Source: Candidatus Izemoplasmatales bacterium (GTDB lineage Bacteria > Bacillota_I > Bacilli_A > Izemoplasmatales > Hujiaoplasmataceae). Taken from it: a stretch of 35,234 bases of DNA. Location of the stretch: the NCBI GenBank assembly GCA_050177605.1, contig JBFXGX010000018.1:1-35234 (forward strand), in the 5' to 3' direction. Positions within the stretch are counted from its first letter, which is position 1. Every line of letters begins with the position of its first letter. The position numbers were made by a program, and so were the translations under genes. The notes under the pieces are model-generated. The model had not been told where the DNA came from. It made no database searches and saw only the letters and a program-made list of their open reading frames with translations. Below are positions 8,584 through 18,180 of the stretch, in pieces.

Positions 8584-9825
8584 CTATTTAGAATAAACTA
8601 ATTTTCCTTTTTTAAACACTTGTGATACATAGTTCGATCCAACACTCATCAAAATGGACTCAAAGTTCTCTCTATCAATCAATACAAGATCGGCTTGTTT
8701 TCCTATATCGATTGTGCCAACTTCCTCATGAATACCGAGACTGTAAGCAGGATTGATTGTTACAGCGGTCAGGATTTCATAAGGATGCATTTTGAGTTTG
8801 TTAAATGCTAACTGCATTGCGAATTGAAAATTTTTTGATGGAGCTGATCCTGGATTGTAGTCGGATGAAATCGCAATACACGCACCACTCTCAATCATTT
8901 TTCTTGCTTTTGCATAATCTTTATTTAAGAAAAATGATGTGGAAGGCAATAGATTACATATCGTCTTTGTTGATTTTAATAATTTCATGTCTTCTGTCGA
9001 CATTGCCATTAAGTGATCTACGGATGAAGCGCCAAGCTCAATTCCAAGTTTTGTTCCACCCAGCGGAATCATTTCGTCCGCATGTAAATGTATTTTGAAT
9101 CCTAATTTTTTTGCTTCTTCTAGCAATTCCTTGGTCTCTTCATAATCAAAGACACCTTGTTCCATAAAAACATCTACTGCATCCGCAAGATGATTGTTTT
9201 TAATGTAGATCATATTATTTTTTACCATCGAAATATAACTTTTTCGGTTGCTCTCAAACTCTTTTGGAATAGCATGCGCTCCAAGATAGGTGTTATAGAT
9301 ATCAATTGCTTGATCTTCCCCTAATTTCTTAGAAACTTCCAATTGTTTTACTTCGGTTTCAAAATCTAAACCATATCCTGATTTTGCTTCAACCGTTGTC
9401 ACGCCAAATGATAACATTTCAGTCAGGTCTTGAGCACCTTTCTGATATAAATCTTCAAATGAGGATTCTCTTGTTTGCTTGACTGTAGACAAGATTCCTC
9501 CACCTTCTTTAAGAATATCCAGATAAGATTTTCCTTCAATTAACATCATCGTTTCTTTTACACGTGACCCGGCGTGAACTAGATGAGTATGAGAATCGAT
9601 GAACCCAGGAATCATGATGTTATTCTTAGCATCGATTATTTTCGTTTTGGCATCTTGATAATGCTCAAAATCAATATCGCCTAGGGCGATGATTTTTCCA
9701 TTTTTAATCGCAATAGAGGCATGTTCAAAAATACGTATATCTTTCATCTTTTCTCCACGAACTGGAGCTTTTTGACTAGACGTATATATTTTTGAAATAT
9801 TCGTAATGATAAGTTCTGCTTTCAA
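8584..9825 (-). CDS. hutI: Imidazolonepropionase
   Basis: PGFIDSHTHLV, EAKSGYGL, YLGAHAIP, HADE, DYNPGS. Confidence 0.95.
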   Translation of the reverse strand: MKAELIITNISKIYTSSQKAPVRGEKMKDIRIFEHASIAIKNGKIIALGDIDFEHYQDAKTKIIDAKNNIMIPGFIDSHTHLVHAGSRVKETMMLIEGKSYLDILKEGGGILSTVKQTRESSFEDLYQKGAQDLTEMLSFGVTTVEAKSGYGLDFETEVKQLEVSKKLGEDQAIDIYNTYLGAHAIPKEFESNRKSYISMVKNNMIYIKNNHLADAVDVFMEQGVFDYEETKELLEEAKKLGFKIHLHADEMIPLGGTKLGIELGASSVDHLMAMSTEDMKLLKSTKTICNLLPSTSFFLNKDYAKARKMIESGACIAISSDYNPGSAPSKNFQFAMQLAFNKLKMHPYEILTAVTINPAYSLGIHEEVGTIDIGKQADLVLIDRENFESILMSVGSNYVSQVFKKGKLVYSK

Positions 9826-9837
9826 AGAACATTCCCC

Positions 9838-10800
9838 CTATAGAAAATTCTCAATTATTTTGTCCTTTGTAAAATCTCTTAAATGAAGATATTGAATTGC
9901 CTTTATGACGATTTCATCTAACGACATTTCTTTCTTCTTTTCTTCATTATTCACATCTTGATAATAGTGAATCGAATCTATTAAAGCACGCTTCGGGATT
10001 AATCCAACAATTTCAGCGCTTGGTACTTGTATATGATAACGTGCTGCTTCCATGATAACTGTTTCAAAAATCCGGTAAAGAGGATTTTGTTTATAATTTA
10101 AAATATTCATTGTTACTTGTGTGTGATTTCGATTTTCAAGTGTAACGGGGCCAGCTTGAATATGTGCAAATCCTCCACTTGATTTTCGAATTGCTTTGGA
10201 GATGTTCTTCGCAATATTTTCATCCATCGACAGAATATCGATATTATATGCGACTAAAAATTCTCTTGCGCCAATCGCAACAGCTCCGAAAGTAGGGTGT
10301 ATTTCAGGTTTACCATAATCTGGCGCCCATGCAGGTAATTTGATTTTATCAATCATGCCTTCAAACTCACCTTTACGAATGTTTGGAAGCAAAATTCGCT
10401 CTTCAGAAGTCGCCGCTTCAGCATATAAGAAAACCGGTATAGTAAAAGTACTGCTTAGTAATGCCGCTAATTGATGTGCATATTCAACACAGTCTTTCAT
10501 CGTTGTATTTTCAAGCGGAATAAATGGAATGACATCAATTGCTCCCATTCTCGCATGTTCCCCGCGGTGGAAGTTCATATCGATAGAGGAAATAACTTGA
10601 TTGGTAAAAGGAACCATCGCCTCAATAATTTGTTCTGGTTCTCCGATTAAAGTAACAACGGTACGGTTGTAATCTTTGTCACTTTCAACATTGACTACAC
10701 GCACACCTTCTCTTTGGTACAAGGTTGACATAATCAGATCAATTTTTGTTTGATCTCTTCCTTCACTAAAATTAGGCACACACTCAACGAGTTTTTTCAT
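9838..10800 (-). CDS. ftcD: Glutamate formiminotransferase
   Basis: LVECVPNFSEGRD, DYNRTVVT, HRGEHARMGAIDVIPFIP, IGAREFLVAYNI. Confidence 0.93.
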   Translation of the reverse strand: MKKLVECVPNFSEGRDQTKIDLIMSTLYQREGVRVVNVESDKDYNRTVVTLIGEPEQIIEAMVPFTNQVISSIDMNFHRGEHARMGAIDVIPFIPLENTTMKDCVEYAHQLAALLSSTFTIPVFLYAEAATSEERILLPNIRKGEFEGMIDKIKLPAWAPDYGKPEIHPTFGAVAIGAREFLVAYNIDILSMDENIAKNISKAIRKSSGGFAHIQAGPVTLENRNHTQVTMNILNYKQNPLYRIFETVIMEAARYHIQVPSAEIVGLIPKRALIDSIHYYQDVNNEEKKKEMSLDEIVIKAIQYLHLRDFTKDKIIENFL

Positions 10801-12815
10801 AGTTTATCCTTTTGATTTTTTATTTTATGGGTAATCGAATCTATATTTGATGAAAAAGGAATTGTAACAATGGAATTATTATCTAAATCATTAAAAGCTT
10901 TCACCGTTTCGATGGCATGATCATTTCTAGCCCAAGACCGTCTTGATACCCCATTCATCACATCAAAAATCATGGCTTTTTCTAAGACTTCATCGACGTG
11001 TTTAGAACCATCTAACACCATGCCATATCCGCCATTAATAACTTTTCCAATTCCTACACCACCACCATTATGAAGACTCACAAGACTCATTCCTCTCGCA
11101 GCATTTCCAAGGGCAGTATGTGTTGCCATTTCAGCCATGATATTGGATCCATCTTTGATATTCGCTGTTTCTCTAAATGGAGAGTCTGTTCCTCCAGTGT
11201 CATGATGGTCTCTTCCTAACATCACTGGGCCAATTTCTTTATTTCGTACCATTTCATTAAATTTTAACGCTATTTTTAGTCTTCCATAAGCATCTTGGTA
11301 GAGGATTCGAGCTTTTGTTCCAACAACCAGTTCATTCTTTTTTGCATCTTCAATCCATCGATAATTATCATAATCTTGAAATCTTCTTGTCGGGTCGATT
11401 GAGGACATTGCTGCTTGATCGGTCAAATCCAAATCTGATTGTTTTCCAGATAAACACACCCATCGGAAAGGACCATATCCATAGTCAAAAAGCAACGGTC
11501 CCATTAAGTCTTCTACATAACTAGGGAAGATGAATCCATCTAAATCATTGATTTTATTTTTACAGATTTCTTTGATTCCACTGTCATAGATGGCTTTGAG
11601 GAATGAATTTCCATAATCAAAGAAATAAGTTCCATTACTTACTAGTTTTTGAATAACTTCAAAATGAAGTTTTAAACTTTCATCCACGTATTTTCTAAAC
11701 TCATTTGGATTCGTTGAAAGCATCGATGTTCTTTCCTCAAAAGTAAGTCCAACAGGCGTATATCCGCCATCATATACGGCGTGACAACTTGTTTGGTCAG
11801 ATAATAAATCAATCGATAATTGATGTTCGTAAGCATAGGTTAGAAGCGTGACAATATTGCCATGATATGCAATAGAAACTGCTTCGTTTCGGTCAAGATA
11901 GTGTTTAGCTAGTTGAAAAGCTTCTTGAGGAGAGGAAGCAACCAACTTAATCCAACCTTGTCGATGTCTGGTTTCAATTCTTGAAACGTCCACTTCAGCA
12001 ATGATGCCAACACCTCCTGCGATTTCAATCGCTTTTCCTTGCGCACCACTCATTCCACCTAAACCTGAAGAAATAAAGAGTTTTCCTTTTAAGTCATCTT
12101 TGATACCTAAACCAAGTTTAAGTCTTCCAGCATTAAGAAGTGTAGAGTAGGTTCCATGTACAATTCCTTGAGGACCAATGTACATCCAACCTCCTGCAGT
12201 CATTTGTCCATAGGAAGCAACGCCTAAACTAGAAGCACGATTGAATTGATGAAGATTATCAAATTCTCCAATCATAAGTCCATTGGTTAAGATGACTCGC
12301 GGACTCATTTTGTGTGAAGCAAATAGACCTAAAGGATGTCCTGATAGCAACACGAGTGTTTGATGATCATTCATCATCTCGAGGTATTTTTTTGTTAGAT
12401 GATATTGCATCCAGTTTTGAAATACGGATCCAGTTTCGCCATACGTAACAAGTTCATAGGGATAGAGTGCAATCTCAAAATCAAGATTGTTATCAATCAT
12501 CACTTGAAATGCTTTTCCTTCGATGGTCATTCCAGGATATTCATCAATTGGCTTCCCGATGATTCTTCCTTCAGGACGGAACCTGTAACCATAGATTTTT
12601 CCTCTCGTGAGCAATTCGTTAATAAACTCCTCTTCAAGTTCTTCTTGCCATTCTAGCGGAATATATCGCATTGCATTTTGTAAAGATAATACTAATTCAT
12701 CATCATTTAATGACAGCTCGCGCTTTGGAGCTCTTCTAATGCCGTCTTGAAATTCTTTTCTAGGTGGCAAACTAGAAAATATGTCTTTTAGAGTAATTGC
12801 TTTTTGTAGCATCAT
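10797..12815 (-). CDS. hutU: Urocanate hydratase (long ~670-aa type)
   Basis: YGQMTAGGWMYIGPQGIVHGT, GLGGMSGAQ, SDQTSCH, GRDHHD, HNGGGVGIG. Confidence 0.96.
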   Translation of the reverse strand: MMLQKAITLKDIFSSLPPRKEFQDGIRRAPKRELSLNDDELVLSLQNAMRYIPLEWQEELEEEFINELLTRGKIYGYRFRPEGRIIGKPIDEYPGMTIEGKAFQVMIDNNLDFEIALYPYELVTYGETGSVFQNWMQYHLTKKYLEMMNDHQTLVLLSGHPLGLFASHKMSPRVILTNGLMIGEFDNLHQFNRASSLGVASYGQMTAGGWMYIGPQGIVHGTYSTLLNAGRLKLGLGIKDDLKGKLFISSGLGGMSGAQGKAIEIAGGVGIIAEVDVSRIETRHRQGWIKLVASSPQEAFQLAKHYLDRNEAVSIAYHGNIVTLLTYAYEHQLSIDLLSDQTSCHAVYDGGYTPVGLTFEERTSMLSTNPNEFRKYVDESLKLHFEVIQKLVSNGTYFFDYGNSFLKAIYDSGIKEICKNKINDLDGFIFPSYVEDLMGPLLFDYGYGPFRWVCLSGKQSDLDLTDQAAMSSIDPTRRFQDYDNYRWIEDAKKNELVVGTKARILYQDAYGRLKIALKFNEMVRNKEIGPVMLGRDHHDTGGTDSPFRETANIKDGSNIMAEMATHTALGNAARGMSLVSLHNGGGVGIGKVINGGYGMVLDGSKHVDEVLEKAMIFDVMNGVSRRSWARNDHAIETVKAFNDLDNNSIVTIPFSSNIDSITHKIKNQKDKL

Positions 12816-12824
12816 ACCACTCCC

Positions 12825-14309
12825 TTAAATAACTTCGTTCTTAATTAATTGTTCTATTTTTTGGATATGTGGATACATGACATCATCACACTGAATAAAT
12901 GGTACGATGTCTCTTATTTTATCATACACTATTTTGGTCTTTTTTGCGAGTAGACTTGGATTTCTAAAATCAATTGCTTGTGCTGAAGCGAATAATTCCA
13001 TTGCGATAACTTTTCTTGTATTATCTAAAATGGAACTAGCCTTTCTAGTGGAAATAGATCCCATCGAAACATGATCTTCTTGATTTGCAGAAGACGGAAT
13101 CGAATCTACACTCGCGGGATGTGCAAGTACCTTGTTTTCGCTTACTAAAGATGCTGCACTATATTGAACAATCATAAATCCTGAATTCAGTCCTGGTTTC
13201 GCTACTAAAAATGGAGGAAGCCCATTTGATAAAGAAGAGTTGACTAGACGTTCAATTCTTCTTTCAGCAATGTTTGCCATCTCAGAGATTGCAATGCCTA
13301 TATAATCAAATGCAAATGCCAAAGGTTCTCCGTGGAAATTCCCTGCACTGATGATTTCATCTTCATTGATAATGATCGGATTATCTGTTACAGCATTCAT
13401 TTCTGTTTCAATGATGGTTTTTACAAAATGAATTGTATCCAAAATAGCTCCGCTCACTTGTGGAGCGCACCGGAGCGAATACGCATCTTGAATTCTTTTT
13501 TCACCTTGTTTTGTCGTTAACTTACTTCCCTCAAGTAGTTCGTTTAAATCTTTAGAAAAAGTAATTTGTCCAGGCTGACCTCGAAGTGAATGTATCGTAG
13601 GGTGGAAAACATCTGTAATTCCTTCTAGCGCTTCAAATACCATCGCATATGATTGTTTTGATACCTCGAATAAATGAATTGTGTCATAGAGTGTAAGTGC
13701 TCCAACAGATGCCATTGCTTGTGTTCCATTAATTAAACACAATCCTTCTTTTGCTTCTAAAGAAGATAATGGATTGATTCCAGCGAGTTTTAATCCTTCT
13801 TTTGCAGGATATCTTGTTCCTTGAAAATAGACTTCACCAAGTCCAATTAAAGGTAAGGACATATGACTAAGAGGTGCTAAATCTCCACTAGCACCTAAAC
13901 TTCCTTTTTCAAATACAACGGGTGTTATTTGCTTATTCAGAAATTCAACCAGTTTTTCGAGTACTTCAATCCGAATTCCACTATGTCCTTGTAATAAAGC
14001 GTTGACTCTTAGAAGCATCATTCCTCGAACGATTTCAACAGAATAAGGTTCACCGACACCGCACGCATGCGACATTAACAAATTTGTTTGTAATTTTGTA
14101 GTGTCTGTTTTATTGATTGCTAAGTCAGATAGTCTTCCAAAACCAGTATTTATTCCATAGGTTGGAATTTCTTTTTCGACAATTTGATCAACAATATGGC
14201 GTGACCAATTGACTTTTTCTTTTGCCTCATCGGCGATTTCGACTACTTCGTTTTTTCTGACGATTTCAATGAAATCTTCAAGCGTTAATCTTTTGTTTCC
14301 TAGAATCAT
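12825..14309 (-). CDS. hutH: Histidine ammonia-lyase
   Basis: YGINTGFG, GSLGASGDLAPL (MIO-forming ASG), KEGLCLINGT, QDAYSLRC, GNFHG, QEDHVSMG. Confidence 0.96.
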   Translation of the reverse strand: MILGNKRLTLEDFIEIVRKNEVVEIADEAKEKVNWSRHIVDQIVEKEIPTYGINTGFGRLSDLAINKTDTTKLQTNLLMSHACGVGEPYSVEIVRGMMLLRVNALLQGHSGIRIEVLEKLVEFLNKQITPVVFEKGSLGASGDLAPLSHMSLPLIGLGEVYFQGTRYPAKEGLKLAGINPLSSLEAKEGLCLINGTQAMASVGALTLYDTIHLFEVSKQSYAMVFEALEGITDVFHPTIHSLRGQPGQITFSKDLNELLEGSKLTTKQGEKRIQDAYSLRCAPQVSGAILDTIHFVKTIIETEMNAVTDNPIIINEDEIISAGNFHGEPLAFAFDYIGIAISEMANIAERRIERLVNSSLSNGLPPFLVAKPGLNSGFMIVQYSAASLVSENKVLAHPASVDSIPSSANQEDHVSMGSISTRKASSILDNTRKVIAMELFASAQAIDFRNPSLLAKKTKIVYDKIRDIVPFIQCDDVMYPHIQKIEQLIKNEVI

Positions 14310-14466
14310 AGTATCACCAAGCCTTTTTTACATTATACTCTAGCAAACACAAAAAAGGAAGAGCATAAATGATAATAAATGGCTAAATTTAGCGCTTTAT
14401 CAAAGTAAAGAAATAAAGCGATGAAGGCTGAAAACAACACTTTCATATTGTTTTTTAATGAGCTAC

Positions 14467-14509
14467 TTGTCTAATATTTAAAAAAATGTTACAATGTCTT
14501 AACGTTAAG
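14467..14509 (+). promoter_or_regulatory. sigmaA promoter TTGTCT-17-TACAAT (extended TG) followed by palindrome CTTAACGTTAAG
   Basis: -35 at 14467-14472, -10 at 14490-14495, palindrome at 14498-14509 adjoining RBS AAGGAGG. Confidence 0.55.
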
Positions 14510-14522
14510 GAGGTCGCAGAGA

Positions 14523-15713
14523 ATGAATTATTCAAAACGTGTTGAATCTTTACAAGCATCCCCGATTAGAAAATTAATGCCCTTTGCTATCAAAGCCAAA
14601 AAAGAAGGAAAAACTGTCTATCATCTTAATATTGGCCAACCGGATATTCCAACTCCTCCTTGCTTTCTAGAAGCAATTAATCAGGTCAAAGATTCCGTCA
14701 TTCCTTATCAACTTTCCAATGGTGATCCATTGTTAATTGAGTCAATCAAAACTTATTTTAAAAAAGATGGTTTGATCTATCATGACGATGAAATGATTAT
14801 CACTAATGGCGGTTCGGAAGCACTCATTTTCTCACTTATGGCCATTTGTGATCCAGGTGACGAAGTGTTGATTCCAGAACCTTTTTATACGAATTATAGT
14901 GGTTTTATGGCACAAGCAGGGGCTACTCCAGTGCCCATGATCACCTACGCTGAAGATGGTTTTCATTTACCCAAGAAGGAAATTATCGAAGCGCTGATTA
15001 CAGATAAAACAAAAGCAATTCTCTTTTCAAACCCAGGGAACCCAACAGGTACTGTATATCATAAAGACGAACTCGAAATGTTAAAGGAGCTAGCACTGAA
15101 ATATAATTTATACATCATTAGTGATGAAGTTTATCGAAAACTTGTCTTTGATGATGAAGTATCGATATCTTTAGGTGAGCTAAATGGAATTGACGATAGA
15201 GCTATTATTATCGAAAGTGTATCTAAGAGATATTCCTCATGTGGGGCAAGAATAGGGGCTGTCGTATCTAAAAACAAACAACTAATTGCTCACATATTAA
15301 AACTAGCTCAATTAAGATTATCCATATCTACCCTTGACCAAGTAGGGGCTAGTGCATTATATCTGCTTGATGATGAATATGTTTCTTCTGTAAAGAATGA
15401 ATATCAAAGAAGAAGAGATATCGTTATGGAAGCATTAAAAAAAATCCCAAATATCACTTACAAAATACCCAAAGGAGCATTTTACTTTGTCGTTACCTTA
15501 CCTATTGATAATGCAGAGAATTATTGTAAATGGCTTTTGGAGTCTTATTCTAATCAAAACGAAACAGTCATGCTCGCTCCAGCAAGAGATTTTTATGTTC
15601 ATAAAGAACTTGGGGAAAAACAAGTACGTATTGCCTATGTGCTTGGAGAAGAAAAGCTAAAAAGAGCGATGGAAATCGTCAAAGAAAGCATTGAAGATTA
15701 TAACAAAAGATAA
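14523..15713 (+). CDS. PLP-dependent aminotransferase class I/II (aspartate aminotransferase-like)
   Basis: LNIGQPD, TNGGSEA, NPGNPTG, SDEVY, SVSKRYSSCGARIG. Confidence 0.92.
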   Translation: MNYSKRVESLQASPIRKLMPFAIKAKKEGKTVYHLNIGQPDIPTPPCFLEAINQVKDSVIPYQLSNGDPLLIESIKTYFKKDGLIYHDDEMIITNGGSEALIFSLMAICDPGDEVLIPEPFYTNYSGFMAQAGATPVPMITYAEDGFHLPKKEIIEALITDKTKAILFSNPGNPTGTVYHKDELEMLKELALKYNLYIISDEVYRKLVFDDEVSISLGELNGIDDRAIIIESVSKRYSSCGARIGAVVSKNKQLIAHILKLAQLRLSISTLDQVGASALYLLDDEYVSSVKNEYQRRRDIVMEALKKIPNITYKIPKGAFYFVVTLPIDNAENYCKWLLESYSNQNETVMLAPARDFYVHKELGEKQVRIAYVLGEEKLKRAMEIVKESIEDYNKR

Positions 15714-15720
15714 AAGTCTT

Positions 15721-15748
15721 AAAGAACAGATAAACTCTGTTCTTTTTT
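15721..15748 (+). terminator. Intrinsic terminator after the aminotransferase
   Basis: AAAGAACAGA-TAAAC-TCTGTTCTTT followed by a T-run. Confidence 0.85.
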
Positions 15749-15778
15749 CATTATCAAATTCAAAGTATCAACGAGTGA

Positions 15779-15812
15779 TAAAAAAAGGGATGCAGTAGGT
15801 TACTGCTTCCCT
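15779..15812 (-). terminator. Intrinsic terminator downstream of the tRNA fragment
   Basis: AGGGATGCAGTA..TACTGCTTCCCT near-perfect hairpin with an A-run. Confidence 0.7.
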
Positions 15813-15825
15813 ATAATTTATAAGC

Positions 15826-15871
15826 TGGTGCGCCACCACGGTCTCAACCCGGGGGCCTATTGATTACGAGT
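15826..15871 (-). repeat. Degenerate copy of the 3' part of tRNA-Lys (anticodon loop to CCA); att-site remnant
   Basis: 38/46 identical to 17437-17482, ungapped, same orientation. Confidence 0.85.
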
Positions 15872-16015
15872 TCTATACCATAAAATATTTAAAGCGCTAT
15901 ATTTACAGGTTTAGTTACCTTTCACATCCACGCTGACAGCAGTTAATTTATATAAAACTAACTTCAAAAATCAGTTTAAGCATAACACAAACATACTGCC
16001 TTGCTACAAGATATA

Positions 16016-17248
16016 TTATATTGATGAAATTGGAATTACATGAACACTTGAAGATAATGAATAATACTTTGGAGTAGAACAGATGATACCTGAAGCCCCT
16101 AATGAATATTTCGTTTTTTCTATTTGTTTAAAAGCTTTTACATCATTCAAGGAATAAGTCATTCCAGATTTTATTTCTACACAATATAGAACTCCTTCTC
16201 TTACAAGAATTAAATCTATTTCATTTAGGTTATTGTCTCGATAATAATACGCATTGAACTCATACCCATTATTGATATAGGATTTCATAATTTCGTTCAT
16301 GACATAAGTTTCAACAAATGCTCCAGCAAAATGACTAGTTGCCAGATTTTTAGCATTTTGCAACTTGGCCAAATAACTCGCTAACCCTGTATCACTAAAA
16401 TATATTTTTGGTCGCTTTACAATCCGCTTGACAATTGAATCTTCATTATATGGTTGAAGCAAGTAGATGATTCCGCTTGTTTCTAGAACTGATAACCATT
16501 CCTTAATCGTTGGAATCGAAACACCGATGATTTTTGATAAGTTATCCATCACGAATTCTTGCCCGGTCAAAGATGCTAAAACCGTCATAAACTGACTGAA
16601 TTTCAATTTATCTTTTACGTTGATTAATTCTGAAATATCTCGATCAATATATGTTGAAACATAATAACTATAATAACGATTTGAATCAATGTTGGGATTG
16701 TTAAATAACTCAGGATAATATCCTTTAGTGATTTTTTGAAACAAGTCATCTACTTTCAGTATTGGTCTTTCACTATTTTCCCGAATATGATCTATTGATG
16801 GAAGAAATGGAGTTTCCTTTGTTTGATTTACTTCATTTTCACTTAAAGGCATCATTTTTATAATAGCTGCTCTTCCAGCCAAAGATTCTGTTAAATTTTT
16901 CATTAGTCTATATGTTTGTGAACCGGTGAGTAAAAACAGCCCATTCGACGCTTTTTTTTCTAATCTTCTAGAATTGACTATGCTCTCAATGACCTCTATC
17001 AATCTTGGAGCATATTGGACTTCATCAATGATTAACGGATAACCATTTTTTTCAATAAAGTATTTAGGATCTTCTGTAGCGAGTTGTCTTTCATTGATAT
17101 CATCTAGTGAAACGTAATTAAAGTTCCTTGTCTCAACAAAAGAATAGGCAAGCGTGGATTTTCCAACTTGTCTTGGGCCAGTAATGACAACAACAGGATA
17201 ATTTGAAAGTTCAACGTTGACGTATTGAAGAATTGTTCTTTTTATCAT
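16016..17248 (-). CDS. AAA+ ATPase (AAA_14) with winged-HTH and DUF4143/PD-(D/E)xK C-terminal region
   Basis: GPRQVGKST, IIDEVQY, LLTGS, ESLAGR, KRPKIYFSDTGL, EIDLIL...VEIKSG. Confidence 0.88.
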   Translation of the reverse strand: MIKRTILQYVNVELSNYPVVVITGPRQVGKSTLAYSFVETRNFNYVSLDDINERQLATEDPKYFIEKNGYPLIIDEVQYAPRLIEVIESIVNSRRLEKKASNGLFLLTGSQTYRLMKNLTESLAGRAAIIKMMPLSENEVNQTKETPFLPSIDHIRENSERPILKVDDLFQKITKGYYPELFNNPNIDSNRYYSYYVSTYIDRDISELINVKDKLKFSQFMTVLASLTGQEFVMDNLSKIIGVSIPTIKEWLSVLETSGIIYLLQPYNEDSIVKRIVKRPKIYFSDTGLASYLAKLQNAKNLATSHFAGAFVETYVMNEIMKSYINNGYEFNAYYYRDNNLNEIDLILVREGVLYCVEIKSGMTYSLNDVKAFKQIEKTKYSLGASGIICSTPKYYSLSSSVHVIPISSI

Positions 17249-17394
17249 CGATTTTTTCTCCTAACATTTAGTATAATTTAAACTTCAACTTTATTTTATA
17301 CTAAAAATGAAATTAAGTCAATAAAGAAAGTATATTTATATACATGAAGCATTACACCTTTCTGTTCTAAAATCATACACGTCCAAAAATAGCT

Positions 17395-17426
17395 AAAAAG
17401 AAAAAACGACTAAAATTTAGTCGTTT
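17395..17426 (-). terminator. Intrinsic terminator after tRNA-Lys
   Basis: AAACGACTAAA-A-TTTAGTCGTTT hairpin with an A-run. Confidence 0.75.
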
Positions 17427-17436
17427 GATTGTTAAC

Positions 17437-17512
17437 TGGTGCGCCATCACGGACTCGAACCGGGGACCCAATGATTAAGAGTCATTTGCTCTACCAACTG
17501 AGCTAATAGCGC
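17437..17512 (-). tRNA. tRNA-Lys (anticodon CTT)
   Basis: Reverse complement GCGCTATTAGCTCAGTTGGTAGAGCAAATGACTCTTAATCATTGGGTCCCCGGTTCGAGTCCGTGATGGCGCACCA; 76-nt cloverleaf with encoded CCA. Confidence 0.96.
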
Positions 17513-17559
17513 GTGCATATCTATATTAAATGATTCGGTCCAATTTGTAAATACTTTTT

Positions 17560-18096
17560 TTATCTGGAAAGGAAAAATTCTTTGATTTCATCAAAGGTTA
17601 AAAAGTAGACTTGATGAACTGCTTTTTTGAAATTAACTAGTTCTACATCCGATTCATTCAAATATCTTGTTCTATTATAACATCCAGGATAAATGATTGC
17701 TAGTTTTATGACTTTTTTATTTCCTTCAATTTGATATTTTAAAAACTCAGGAACGCCGTGAATCAAAACTGGCTTTTCACTTCTTTTGTAATTTTTGATA
17801 TTTTCATTAATACACCAATAATACTGGTTAGTGATAATCAGTTCGTGATTTGGATTAAATCGAATCGTTTTGAATAGATAAGTTGTATCTTCTGAATTGA
17901 TTTCAATTTGGTAAGGTTTTGACTTTACTACTTCAACAGAGAAATTATCTGAAAGAACACGCTTTAACTCACCGACAATTTTGATTATCATCGATGATTC
18001 AAGACGAATTTTCATCACTTGTCCTAAACTACCAATCAAAATTAGGATAACGACTGCGATTATTAAATAATAATACCATTCCACATTTATCACCAA
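17560..18096 (-). CDS. Hypothetical protein with an N-terminal membrane anchor
   Basis: 178-aa ORF, hydrophobic YYYLIIAVVILILIG segment; true start may be GTG 18084. Confidence 0.7.
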   Translation of the reverse strand: MVINVEWYYYLIIAVVILILIGSLGQVMKIRLESSMIIKIVGELKRVLSDNFSVEVVKSKPYQIEINSEDTTYLFKTIRFNPNHELIITNQYYWCINENIKNYKRSEKPVLIHGVPEFLKYQIEGNKKVIKLAIIYPGCYNRTRYLNESDVELVNFKKAVHQVYFLTFDEIKEFFLSR

Positions 18097-18133
18097 ACCT
18101 TGAGTCCATTATATCAAACACCGCTTTCTTTGA

Positions 18134-18165
18134 AAAGAAAAAGTTGCCCTATAAATAGGACAACT
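18134..18165 (-). terminator. Intrinsic terminator after the lipoprotein gene
   Basis: AGTTGCCCTAT-AA-ATAGGACAACT hairpin with an A-run. Confidence 0.7.
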
Positions 18166-18180
18166 AATACATGAGGAATG

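Larger units (their letters stand above)
15826..17482. mobile_element. Decayed tRNA-Lys-integrated islet (about 1.6 kb), no integrase remaining
   Basis: Direct repeat of the tRNA 3' end flanking a single accessory gene. Confidence 0.6.

Noticed and set aside
15826..15880. Functional second tRNA (Thr-CGT)
   Set aside because: No D-arm or 5' acceptor strand, and the T-loop is mutated (GTTGAGA); it is only a fragment.
17448..17464. C-U mismatch in the tRNA-Lys T-stem as a scar of integration
   Set aside because: The same bases occur in the degenerate copy, so the mismatch predates the duplication and is uninformative.
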